This document shows, in pieces, positions 26,536 through 39,077 of a stretch of DNA of 64,000 nt. Made by a program: the position numbers and the translations under genes. The number at the start of each line of letters is the position of its first letter. Positions within the stretch are counted from its first letter, which is position 1. The DNA is from Octopus vulgaris (lineage: Eukaryota): contig OX597823.1 in the NCBI GenBank assembly GCA_951406725.2, positions 12,338,001 to 12,402,000 of the forward strand, in the 5' to 3' direction. The notes beneath the pieces are model-generated. The model was not told the origin of the DNA. It ran no database searches and was given only the letters and a program-made list of their open reading frames with translations.

Positions 26536-27458
26536 GAAAGAAGAAAAAAGAGAAAAGAAGAAAAAAGAAAAACGAGGCATTGCCGGCATGACCCGAAACC
26601 CCTACGGTGGGAATTGTGCCAATGGAGGGGGGATTTGACGACTCTCCCCATGTGGAGGAGGAATTTGTAGTCCTGTTCCATAAGGGAGGGCAACTCCAAA
26701 AATTGATCAAAAAGGTTAATAAAAAAGGTCGAAGGGAAAGGATTCTTACCTGTACCAAGAACCCTGACTGGCCTCTGCAGGTAGCTGCAGAGGTCGTGTG
26801 GGAAACAAATTTGTTCGAGGTTGTGGATTCTTTCCCCGAAGACACATTCCGCTTCCTGCTGAAGCACCTCAAACTAGCACCATCGGGGTGCTTGGGTGAG
26901 GCATTGAGCCTGGTCGGGTGACGGTTGGGTGGAAAAATTAAGATGCTTAGTGCCTCGTATTGTGTATCAAAATTAAGGTAAGAGGTTTCATGCCTCGGTC
27001 TGTTGTTTCTCTGAGTTTATTGTTTGTAAGAGGCTCAGCGCCTCAATTGAGAATGAACTATGGAACTAAAGTAAGAGGTTTAATACCTCGTAATGATTTT
27101 ACTGTATAAAAACAAAATAATAATGATTTAGAGAAGCAAAAGATCGGAGGGCGTCTTGTGTCTTCTCTCATCAATATCATCCTTTTCATCACTCATCTCA
27201 TCAATGTTTTTGTCCAGCCCACAAGCTACTCCCTCTGTGTTATGCCTTTATGGCAAAATTTTGAAATAACGTATGTCTGTATGTATGTATGTATGTATAC
27301 GACGGGCTTCTTTCATTTTCTGTCTACTAAATTCACTCACAAGACTTTGGTCGACCCGATGCTATAGTAGAAGACACTTGCCCAAGCTGCCATGCAATGG
27401 GACTGAACCCAGAACCATGTGGTTGGTAAAGAAGCAGCTTACTACACAGCTACAGCTA
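26262..27458 (-). mobile_element. SINE family B split by an insertion in its internal microsatellite
   Basis: 3' half at 26262-26440 and 5' half at 27297-27458, in the same orientation. Could be two separate partial copies. Confidence 0.65.
26535..27270 (+). mobile_element. unclassified ~735-bp insert (solo-LTR-like or viral fragment) with a 104-codon ORF
   Basis: Starts TG right after (TA)n and ends ATAACG before (GTAT)n. Non-repetitive ORF at 26607-26921, TATA-like TGTATAAAA at ~27103. No family recognised. Confidence 0.4.
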
Positions 27459-27489
27459 TGCAATTATCTATGCGCAGTTGCATGAATAC

Positions 27490-27841
27490 ATATTACTTTC
27501 ACAATTCATATATCTGAACATGTATGTTTTTTCCCTAGAATGTTTAGCGTATCCATTACATAGAGTTGGATGTGTGTGTAGCTGCCTTTCTTTGTGTCTG
27601 TGTTTTAACGTGCATGCTCTGTTAGCATTCAATTGTTAATGTGCGTGCGCCTGTTTCTATTAACATGGTGTGACAATCGTCTGCATTTTCAGTTCTTTAT
27701 AAATTAGTGTTCCGTCCATCCATCCATCCATCCATCAACCCACACGTCCGTCCGTCCGTCTGTCTGTCTGTCTAGATATATATATATATATATATATGTA
27801 TCACAGTGTTATGATATATGGTGTAAGATAGATAGATAGAT

Positions 27842-27891
<50 letters not shown>

Positions 27892-28175
27892 AGACAGACA
27901 GACAGACGGACGGACGGACGTGTGGGTTGATGGATGGATGGATGGATGGACGGAACACTAATTTATAAAGAACTGAAAATGCAGACGATTGTCACACCAT
28001 GTTAATAGAAACAGGCGCACGCACATTAACAATTGAATGCTAACAGAGCATGCACGTTAAAACACAGACACAAAGAAAGGCAGCTACACACACATCCAAC
28101 TCTATGTAATGGATACGCTAAACATTCTAGGGAAAAAACATACATGTTCAGATATATGAATTGTGAAAGTAATAT
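27490..28175. repeat. inverted duplication (arms ~27490-27797 / 27845-28175)
   Basis: Arms appear identical by eye apart from (TA)n length. Confidence 0.9.
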
Positions 28176-28176
28176 A

Positions 28177-28429
<253 letters not shown>

Positions 28430-28492
28430 CAGATAGATAAGATGGTAGACAAATAGACAGACAGACAGACAGAGAGATAGATAGATAGGTAT

Positions 28493-28556
<64 letters not shown>

Positions 28557-28560
<4 letters not shown>

Positions 28561-28864
28561 GTTTCTTTATTGGCCACACAGGGGCTGCACACAGATGGGA
28601 CAAGTTACAAGGTAGAGCTTTTCTTTTGGGGGATGAAAAAAACAAAAAACAAAAGAAACAAAAAAAGGGGTGGCGTAAAAGGGAAGAAAAGAACAAAAAA
28701 AATTAATAAATAAAATAAAAAAGAAAAAAGAAAAATAAAAAAAGAAAAGGAAAAGGAACGAAAGAAAAGAGAAATGAAAAAAGAAGAAAAAAGGGGAAAA
28801 AAGAGGAAGAGGAAAAAAAACGATCAATAGGGATCGTGTATCACAGTGTTATGATATATGGTGT

Positions 28865-28866
<2 letters not shown>
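28557..28866 (-). mobile_element. 3' UTR of a non-LTR retrotransposon (L1/Tx1-like) embedded in (GATA)n
   Basis: - strand has a pyrimidine-rich UTR ending GTGTGGCCAATAAAGAAACTT(ATCT)n, with (GATA)n on both sides. The clade assignment is inference. Confidence 0.5.
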
Positions 28867-28932
<66 letters not shown>

Positions 28933-28971
28933 CAGGCAGACAAGATGGAAGATAGACAGGCAGACAGACAT

Positions 28972-29003
<32 letters not shown>

Positions 29004-29799
29004 AAAGATAGATTTCTATCTTTCACGTTATCTCTCAATATATTTTATGCATACGTATGTCTTTTGTCTTTTACATGTTTCAGTGAATAGCCAGCGGTGA
29101 TGCTGGGGTGTGATCTTCAAGACTTAGTTGAACGAATCGACGACGCTTTTTTAAGACAGGTACTTGTTTTACTAGGACGTAAAGACACCAACACCAGTTG
29201 TATATGGTAGTGAGGAGGAGGATCAAACAGAGATACACGCAAACATAAATATATATTATTGTGTCTTGGGAGAGTCATTCTCATTTAATGCGTTATAATT
29301 TGACGCACCTACCGGTTTCATTTCCACATATTTACTAATGTATTTTTCGAACATTTTCGTTGCGTCTTGCAAATTTTTCAATAGTTGGTAACTCTGTCCA
29401 TTGTCAGAGTTCTTTGTTTGTGCGCATGTGTGTGCACATCAGTGTGCATATATATACACACATATGTATGTATTCTGCATATTCATGTGTTTGTGTGTTC
29501 ATGCGTGTGTGTTTTTATGTGTGTGTGTGTGTTGGTATGTATTTGTATGTGTGTGTGTATTTGTGTGTAAATCTGTCTCCTTGAGTGTGCATGCTTGAGT
29601 GTGCCTATGTGTATGGGCCTGTTATGTATGGGTGTGTGTCTCCATATGTGTCCTTGTGTGTGAGTGTGAAGTGTGCGAGTCTGTATATGTTCATGTGTTT
29701 CAGTCTTCAATTGTGCATGTATTTTTGTATGTGTGTGTGCTTCTCACTATGACCTATGTACCTATTTATCTATTTATCCATCTGTTTACTTACATATCC

Positions 29800-29846
<47 letters not shown>

Positions 29847-29867
29847 TACACACATGTATATATGTAT

Positions 29868-30224
29868 TTCTACATGTACTTCTCAGTTACCACAGGGTAT
29901 ATTTCATTTATGAGGACGTACTCCTGTATTTGTCTGAGTGTTGGGTCCTTCAGGTTCTTGGATAAAATGCAGATGTCAAGTTGACCCAGTATGCTTCTAT
30001 GTTGGATTTTGGCATGTTGGTAGAGTATGGAGTTCTCCAGAAACAGTCCTACATAATCTACCAAATAGTCCTCCATACTCTACCAACATGCCAAAGGCCA
30101 ATATGGAGGAACAATGGGTCAACTTGACATCGGTATTTTATCCAAGCACCCGTCACCGATAAATACAGGAGTACGTTCTCATAAATGAAACATCCCTAGT
30201 ACTAAATAGGAAATATATGTAGAA
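29868..30224. repeat. degenerate fold-back (MITE-like)
   Basis: Arms ~29868-30031 / 30071-30224, e.g. TTTGGCATGTTGGTAGAGTATGGAG vs CTCCATACTCTACCAACATGCCAAA. Confidence 0.75.
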
Positions 30225-30295
30225 GGTAGTCATACCCCAATACCCACAGTTTATATATACACAGGTAGAGTTGTTAGTGGCTAGTTATGTAGACG

Positions 30296-30350
<55 letters not shown>

Positions 30351-31953
30351 GAATCTGCAAGTAAATAGAGAGATAGATAGATAGATAGATAGGTAATATG
30401 GATAGACAAGCACACGCACATACATAGTCACACAAACCCATTCATATAGACACACACATATATATATGTGTATATATATACATACGTACATACATACACA
30501 CGTATATGTGTGAGTGTGTATATATATATATTCTTTCATTCTTTTATACATATACTTACACACACACGTATATATAAATAAATACATACATATGTGTTTA
30601 TACACACACTTACATACATACACGCGCGTGCGCAGACATACACTCACACACATGTGTATGTGTGTGTGTATGTATACATTTATCTGCCGACCTATTGATT
30701 ATTGTAACTATATATTTAGCTAGCTTGATGAATTTCCACATATCCACCTTAGGTAATTAACTAGTTGCTAATCCGCAGGTAGTATCTTATAAACATTACT
30801 TGAATTTATCAGAATCTCGAAATTCCTGATTTGGTCGTATTAACACTTACCGTGTAAATTGTAACAGTATTTGGTTATTCCACTTCAGTATCTTCTTTAT
30901 TCAGTTAGTGTTCCTATAATAGATTATTCTCCTTTTGTTATTGTTTTTAACGAGGAACTTGAGCAAAAAGCCGAAAACTTTCTGGTGGTGCTTATGAAAG
31001 TATATACTCGGTTTGTATTACTTCCGACCTCCCACAAAATATTAACTCTCCAAGTTATAAAATGGCGAAAGGTTATTAAATAATACTCAAGCATGTAATA
31101 GAATGCTTCTCATGAGAAGTGTCTCAATGATATGGAAAATAGTAAATGATATAAAATACTATTCTGGAATTTATTGCGTTTTCGCTATTCAGGAGAATCG
31201 CTACTTTTATTATCAAGAAATGTTGAATATAATATGAAAATCGTAGCCCCTTGAGCTCGAAAAGAAATGAGTTAATTTTGGTTAAATGGTTGCGCGTATG
31301 TACATCTTCATAGAGGCAGATAGCAAAATAACGGTATACGTTTTCAGCGTTATGTGAAGCACAAGATAGTATTTGAATTATTGAATTCTATTTATTTGGG
31401 CTCTGTTGTAAAGTGGCTTTCTGGATTAAACATTCTATTATGCTTAATCTTGTTTCAGCAAGATTACATTTGTTGCCATTGTTATTTATCCACCAAGTTA
31501 GCCGTGATAAATACATGCGACCATTCGGTCTTTTATTAAGGTATGTCGTACCTTGAGACATGTTACATATTGTAGCAGACGTAAACGAGTGCAAAATTAA
31601 TCAAGGTATGGGGTATTAAAAGAATCTTGTTTTTTTTCTCCTGAGACCTGATAATATTTCCTTGTTGATAAGCTGAGTAACCATGGTTAAGGCCTCTTCA
31701 TTGGTTCACTGTACTAGTTTTGGTGTAATTCTTGTAAGTATTATCGTTATTATTGTTTAGCCTGAAGTGTGGCCTTACGAGATGACCTATGATTAAAGAT
31801 ATTCAGTCAATATCTATCCTTTCATTGGTCTTTTTTAAACATAGTGTATCGCAAATATTTCCAATAAAACGGTATGATTTAACTTCTCACTGTTGAGAAA
31901 ATCGTGCCAGTTTCAAGATAACAGCTCAATTATTCTTTTATAGAACCAGTTAA

Positions 31954-32349
31954 TCCTTATATATAAAAGTGAGGTTGTGTGCTGTCTGTCTCCTACGATT
32001 TAGATTCCTAACTACTCCCACATTTTGCGGTGCAGTTTATCCAAAACCGGGTATCTTATAGTCGTGATTCATATCGAGCCCTTCTGGGTATTAGCGCGCG
32101 TCTACGATGAGTCTACGATTTAAAAAAAAATTTACCATCAATTTTTCCCATTTTTAATGTATTTTTGGCATGTATAAGGAAGTAACTCTCTAAAAATTTA
32201 TTATTAAATCTCAGAACGTAAAAAGCTACAGTAACACCCCCCCCTTTGTTGTTAGCCATATTGAGATGGCTATTATACTTTACATCTCTAAAAATACTTA
32301 TATAGTTATTTCCCTTACAAACTCGAGCAACGCCGGGCGATACTGCTAG
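31954..32349 (+). mobile_element. non-autonomous Helitron
   Basis: A|TC 5' end, CTAG|T 3' end, subterminal hairpin CTCGAGCAACGCCGGG. Second copy at 42420-42808. Confidence 0.8.
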
Positions 32350-32740
32350 TGTGTTATATTTTTTATAGAGAAAATCCATTTCCAGTTTGATGCTTTCATT
32401 TTCTATTAATGGATTCAGTCGCTGAACAACGGTCATACAGGGGCATCATGTTTATGAGCTTTTAATTCATCATATTTACTCCTGCTAATGGGGATTTACA
32501 GTGTGTTATTGATTAGTATTTGTCGAAGTGCTAAGTTACTGGTTATAAATTTGCGCGGTATAAACAACACCGTTTTCTTAGTGAATATATATACTGGTAC
32601 GTACATGGATAGAGAAACGAGCATCAATCTATTTTTGTATCTATATTTTCATATGCATGAATGTGTTCACATACATCATTACACGATTTTCCTTAGCGTG
32701 CACATATATAATTATTACGCAATGTTATATTATAGTATAT

Positions 32741-32780
<40 letters not shown>

Positions 32781-32783
32781 ATG

Positions 32784-33795
32784 TAGATGGAAACGTTATC
32801 ACCAGTATCAAAGCATAAAGAGCATTCTAAACACTCTGACATTATCAGAACACTTGAATTTATCCAGCAAGTCCAACAGACCATTGATGACAATCCCACA
32901 AAGTCCGTGAGGTCAATTGCAAACGATCTCCATCTGTCAGAAGGAACAGTCAGAAATATTGTTCACGGAGACACAGATATAAATCTTATATGATGGGGAA
33001 AAGTAAATTTGTCGGGAATAAGCAAAAGAAAATCACTACATCAGATCTAAAAGGCTCTTAGATAAACTGAATTTGGTTTTTCTCAAACGAGAAGAACTTC
33101 GGCCATGATCAAAAAGTTAACAGAAGAAACGACAGATGGTTATGTGCAAACCATTCTGAAGTCTCAAGTGTTATACATACAAAATTCTTTTGCAACTGCC
33201 ATGGTTTTAGGGGTTGTCAGCAATGAAGGATATGTGATGCCTCCTTACTTCCTTCCACAAGTCCTTAGAGTTAACTCTGCCGCTTACATTGCAGTCCTGG
33301 AAATAATTGTTAAGCTCTGGATAAACAGTGTACGCAATGGAAGGCCATTTGTGTTTCAGTAAGATTCTGTTCAATCACATATCGCTCTAGTAACACAGGA
33401 ATGGATGGCTGAAAATTTTCCTGATCACATAACCCCTAAAATTTGATCTCCTAATTCCTCTGATCTCAATCTACTGGACTATTACACCTGGCGCGTTGAG
33501 AGACAGAGATCAATGAACACATCCATAACACCAAATAATCTTTGAAAGCTGCCATAGTCAGACTAATGTCTATAATGAACCGGAACCACTTGATTCGATC
33601 ATGTAGATGATTTAGATCTCAATCAGAAACAGTTGTTGAAGCTGAAGGTGGGTTTATTGAATAGCATTATAGAAAAGAAGGTTTATTTTTATCCTCATAG
33701 CATTTTTTGATAAATAAAGTCATTAACTGTTATTATATATCTGTTGTTTTTTATAAACATAAATATGTCCTCAAATATCTTACGCATCCAGTGTG
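32784..33795 (+). mobile_element. Tc1/mariner DD37D (maT-type) transposase remnant
   Basis: HTH-like SVRSIANDLHLSEGTVRNIV. FVFQ*D...SPNSSDLNLLDY has 37 residues between the 2nd and 3rd catalytic Asp. Contains stops and frameshifts. Confidence 0.85.
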
Positions 33796-33801
33796 TTTGT
33801 A

Positions 33802-33864
<63 letters not shown>

Positions 33865-33867
33865 ATA

Positions 33868-33916
<49 letters not shown>

Positions 33917-33953
33917 ATGTATATATATATATATATGTATATATGTATATATA

Positions 33954-34001
<48 letters not shown>

Positions 34002-34331
34002 CATATGTATGTACATATGTATGTATGTTTGTATATACACTGCTTGTGTACAGTTGAAGATTACCAAATTCCACTGAAAGATCAGTAGACAATCTGACAA
34101 TATAAAACTTTCGTTCTAGGTACCACGCTCTAGGATCGAATCCTTAATCAACTGGCTGTGAGGTGTTCACTCATAGTCACACAATCACACACACACACGC
34201 ACATACACACACACACACACAAGAAACTTGACGAGTATAACCAACCGAAACTGCAAAGATAATCTGGAACTCTACTGATGAAAGAAAACTCCGAATGACC
34301 CGTCCTTTTTTATGTATATATTTTTCTTTTT

Positions 34332-34366
<35 letters not shown>

Positions 34367-34372
<6 letters not shown>

Positions 34373-35378
34373 GAATGGGTCAATTTGGGGACAGAGCTTG
34401 CGACCTGCTTTTGGGAATGAATCCATTGTTCTGCCAGATGCAGGTTGATAAATTAGCTCTGGGGAACGCCCCCCCCCCGACCCTTTCAGGTGAATTAAGG
34501 TTCATTTGAAGGCTACCCTCTTAAATAAGCAGTTCAATTTGTGAGACTCAGTCAGCATTTGGGATTCAAGGCAAGCGGTCGGCGTTGGGAGTCTGTGAGG
34601 GACAGTGAACAGTTGGTATTGTACAGCGAGTTAGTAATGGTTGTTCTGCTGTGACAGAGGAAGACAAGCAGAGAAGATTAAGGAACTGGGAGAGATTACG
34701 GCGAGAAGGCATGGCTATTCGTAGTGGGAGTTTGTAACTGAAAATGTAACGGTATGTGTTTAGTTATGTTTGTATTTGTAAAATAGAAAGAACAGTGCTA
34801 AAGGAGAAAAAAAGAAGGAAAAAGAATCGGTGTATTGAAATGTAAAAGAAATGAACATTGTGTTAAAGGACAGTGTTGAAGAGAGGAAAAAAAAAGAGAA
34901 CTGTGTAAAGACATTGTGTACAGAGATGTTGAAAAGAAAGACTCTGTTGTAGTCTGAAAATAATTTAAATGAACATTGAACGTATATGTGTTAATTGTCC
35001 TCTGAACTGTAACGTTAATGTAATTTGAAACAGAACTGTTGTCTCCGGACTGTATATTGCATCAATCTGAACTGTTTTGTACCCGAATGCTTTAATGTGT
35101 TGTTTCTTGCATGTATTTCCTCTTTGATGTACCTGATATGTATCTTGATTTATTTGATGTTGTAACAATTATAAAGTGTTGTTAAATGTAGCCAATTACC
35201 TTCCGCTGTATTTCTTTGTGTCTCTCTCGGTATCTCTTCCTCTGTTTGTTGTTGTTCTCTCCGGGAGGGGTTGCCGAATTCGCCGCCACCTCCCCCACCG
35301 AATTCGCTCTCTGGGTCCGTGGCGAATTCGCCGATCGATCGAGCCAGGTCAAACGAGGTGGATTGCCCCACCGTATCA
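34367..35378 (+). mobile_element. probable solo LTR (1012 bp) inserted in (TA)n
   Basis: TG...CA ends, ATAT on both sides, TATA-like TTAAATAAG and polyA-like ATTATAAAG. GC content higher than the flanks. Confidence 0.65.
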
Positions 35379-35532
35379 ATATATATATATATATATATAT
35401 ATATTAAGATTCAGTTGAATAAGGTGCTTACGTTGAGGCACCAAGTCAGTACAGTATTATCCGCACAGCTCGAAATAAGGTGAATAAAATCAAATAAGTA
35501 ACAGGATATCAAGTATTGACATCCTGTTACAT

Positions 35533-35595
<63 letters not shown>

Positions 35596-35801
35596 ATAAA
35601 ATATTAGGGAATAAATCCAAACTTACAGGGAAAAATCAGATTTAGGATTGAATCCAATTTTATAGTAAAATATTATATTAAATTAGAGATAAAACCACTA
35701 TTAGGCAAATCATACAATGAAAAACTTAAGCCAATACATAAGATTAATTAATTTATATTATTTAAATATATATCAAAATTATTAAAAAAGATAATTAATA
35801 T

Positions 35802-35870
35802 AACACTACGATCGTTTCATGGCTGTTCAATTCTTAAAATTTTCGAGTGACAGTCATTCTTCAGGTGGTT
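35802..35870 (-). ncRNA. type I hammerhead ribozyme (minimal, PLE-type)
   Basis: - strand: accac CTGAAGA atgactgt...acagccat GAAAC gatc GTA gtg. Conserved core, stem II 7/8 bp, palindromic stem III ACGATCGT. Confidence 0.7.
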
Positions 35871-36384
35871 TACATATCTAAAATATAATTAATATTTTTA
35901 AGATATGAATAATATATATAATATAATAATTTTACTTATAATAAACTCTATTATCAAATATGATTATATCCAAATCGACTATAATGTTAAATATTAATTT
36001 TAATTTATAAGGTAGGAAACCCATAATCTAATATCAATATTAGTCTATATCTAATTACATAAATATTTTAAATGACTAATATATATAAATTATCAATGAA
36101 AATATATATATAAATATTATAATCAAGATCTAAAATAATCTCTATAAATAATTGTATATAATAAAAACCTAATAAATTTAATTTTCCATATTTAAAGATG
36201 AAATAGCTAATTTCAAAATACAAATAAACTAACTTAAACGAACTTTCAGAAATCTTATGTAAAATACTTTTAGAAATAATCAATTCTTAGTAATATAGTA
36301 TCGAATAAATACCATAAGTACTATAAATATAATTATGAATGGGAATACTTATCGAATATAAATTTAAAGAAATAACTAAGTTAT

Positions 36385-36455
36385 GCTATTAAATTAGACA
36401 TGGCCTAGACCAATCTTTAGTCGAAACATATCTAAGTTTATCAAAGTTTATCTAA
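36385..36455 (+). mobile_element. short 3' tail of the CR1-group LINE seen at 52882-53090
   Basis: GCTATTAAATTAGACATGGCC...GAAACATATCTAAGTT matches the reverse complement of 52882-52935. Ends in ATC(T/A)AAGTTT tandem repeats. Confidence 0.65.
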
Positions 36456-36536
36456 TTTAATTAATTAATCTTATGTATTGGCTTAAGTTTTTTTTCATTG
36501 CATGATTTGCCTAATAGTGGTTTTATCTCTAATTTA

Positions 36537-36587
<51 letters not shown>

Positions 36588-36594
<7 letters not shown>

Positions 36595-37050
36595 CAAAAC
36601 AAAAATATTATAAAACAGGTTGGTTCATCTCAAATTCTTTGTAAACTCCTAAATATATCTCCTTCTGTGTATATATATACTGCCAAATAAACATGATTTT
36701 TATTGAACCCCTAATTCTTTTTCTGCCTATGTATATAGATACTTCCAAACAAACATGATTTTTATTGAACTCCTAATACTTTTTGTTTAATATTTTCTCA
36801 AATATTTCCTTGTAAAGTATTTTTAACATTTTCTTCTTATTATCAAAGAATGCATATATGTATTTTAATACTTTTGTGACAACCAGTACTCAACACAACA
36901 AAGATTTTACAAAGCTTTACATTTTACTTTTGACAATCTTTTTCTAAAAAAGTGAAACCGGTCAAGTGAATAAACATCTTTAAAATTGCATTTTCAAATT
37001 TTCTTTCATATATATTTCAACTCGTGCGGTACCTTACAACTTCACTTTGT
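36588..37050 (+). mobile_element. PLE pLTR-like insert in (TA)n with a degenerate hammerhead (36924-36969)
   Basis: ttactt TTGACAA tctttttctaaaaaagt GAAAC cg GTC aagtga. Internal ~62-bp direct repeat at 36670-36780. Confidence 0.5.
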
Positions 37051-38215
37051 TATATATATATATTACAAGACTGAATTCTGTAATTCGTTTACAAGAAGCC
37101 AGGGAATTGGATGCATTGGCTCTTACGTGACTACATTTAGATTCGAACTCATGTTACCCTATTTGTAGATAGCATGCTCTACTTTTCTCTGAAACTCTTA
37201 ATTAAAAAACAAAAAAATAATTTACAGTAACACGAAACAGGCTATATTTAATTTATTGCGTTAGATATTTAGTTAAAATATCAGGTTTCACATATGTAAT
37301 GTAGTTGGCGTCTTAAAAAAATGGAATCAGCAAATTCAATCAATTACCTATAACAGCTAAAGTCTAAGAATTTTCTCATCATCAACACACTCATAAACGT
37401 CAGCAGATTTTGCACACAAAAGAAAAGAGAGAAAAAAATGATAAAATGAATCTTTTTATTTTTATTTTAATTATAAACAGAAATAATGCGCTTCTTTCCA
37501 TTCTGAAAACACTGTCAGTTTCTTAACTACCTCGAGAGGAAACGTCAAAAGAATCGGAAAAATGCAGGTGTTTCTCTTAGCAGAGCATTTTTACTTATCC
37601 TGGATGTCCACATGTAAGGATATGTATTGAATATTTATCCAAACTAGCGGTAGTATAATATCCTTGATGCTGTCTCTCAACACTAATTCCTGGCTAGCTT
37701 TTGCACAAATCGGTTAATATTTGGCTTACCAATTCCTATATCGAAATATGCTTTTACGTCTTGGCTCAGAATGTTTCAGGTACTCTGCACTGAGGAGTCC
37801 AAATCAGGTCGAAAAATCTTATCTTGCGATCCATCGACGTTCTGAGCAAAGCCTTGAATTGAAACACATTAGCATCGTTGAGAATTCTTCTCTTAGACAA
37901 GATTTCATATCTAATGCCATTTTTACTCTTCTATACACATTACGAATGTGTATACACACTGGTGTTTTTCATGTAAGAATGTTTCAAATGAACGTATTAA
38001 TTTAATTCTAGTCCGGCCAGCTTTCGCACAAATGAGTATATATATCGGAACAAATATTTTCGGTTTGGATCAGAATGTCAAAGGTATTTGTCACGAAGCA
38101 GATTAAATGAAAACACCACGTCTGGTAATCTAACGACGATTTTGGCTAAGCTCAGTGAGAATTTTTCTCCGGGACAAAATATTAGAGCTGGTGCTGCTCT
38201 ACTCTTGTATACATA

Positions 38216-38628
38216 GGCGCAGGAGTGGCTGTGTGGTAAGTAGCTTGCTTACCAACCACATGGTTCCGGGTTCAGTCCCACTGCGTGGCACCTTGGTCAA
38301 GCGTCTTCTACCATAGCCTCGGGCCGACCAAAGCCTTGTGAGTGGATTTGGTAGACGGAAACTGAAAGAAGCCCGTCGTATATATGTATATATATATATG
38401 TGTGTGTGTGTTTGTGTGTATGTGTTTGTCCCCCCAACATCGCTTGACAACCGATGGTGGTGTGTTTACGTCCCCGTCACTTAGCGGTTCGGCAAAAGGC
38501 ACCGATAGAATAAGTACTAGGCTTACAAAGAATAAGTCCTGGGGGTCGATTAGCTCGACTAAAGGCGGTGCTCCAGCATAGCCGCAGTCAAATGACTGAA
38601 ACCAGTAAAAGAGTAAAAGAGAGTAAAA
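38216..38628 (+). mobile_element. SINE family B copy
   Basis: Full head, internal microsatellite and tail. Confidence 0.9.
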
Positions 38629-39005
38629 TATTATTGATACTATAAACACCCGTACTAATTCCATGATTTAGTTGTGGGCAGCTTTTTGTAGCTAAGTGCA
38701 CAGTGTCACTAACTAGCATTTAACTGTCGCCACCCACGTTCCATGTTTTGTAAAAGAAAAAAAAATATTGTTTTAATCAAATACAGGTTAATTTTAAGCT
38801 GTGGTTATTGTCCATGTGCTTTTACATATACAGCGTAAACAACTCTTTAGATATTTGTGTCAACAACTTCCCAATACTAAACTTGCATGAAAATAATTAC
38901 TGAAGATAAGTACTTATAAAGGGTGTTCGGACTAAATTTGACAGTTTGCATTGTAATCCATAGAATTACACACACTAACTCACACACATCTATCTATCTA
39001 TCTAC

Positions 39006-39077
<72 letters not shown>

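Larger units (their letters stand above)
35590..36545 (-). mobile_element. Penelope-like non-autonomous element with partial inverted terminal repeat (35670-35753 / 36459-36545)
   Basis: Inverted repeat seen directly, contains a hammerhead motif, and is bounded by (TA)n at both ends. Confidence 0.65.

Noticed and set aside
23372-26638. Long ORFs (300-608 aa)
   Set aside because: They are translations of (GA)n, (GTAT)n and (TA)n repeats that lack stops; no coding complexity.
26898-27090. CRISPR-like appearance of spaced palindromic repeats
   Set aside because: Repeats are only 15-19 bp with variable loops, the context is eukaryotic and there are no cas genes. Kept only as a motif array.
34270-34305. 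CTGATGA...CGAA...GTC hammerhead-like string
   Set aside because: GAAA core is broken and stem I does not pair; at most a dead remnant.
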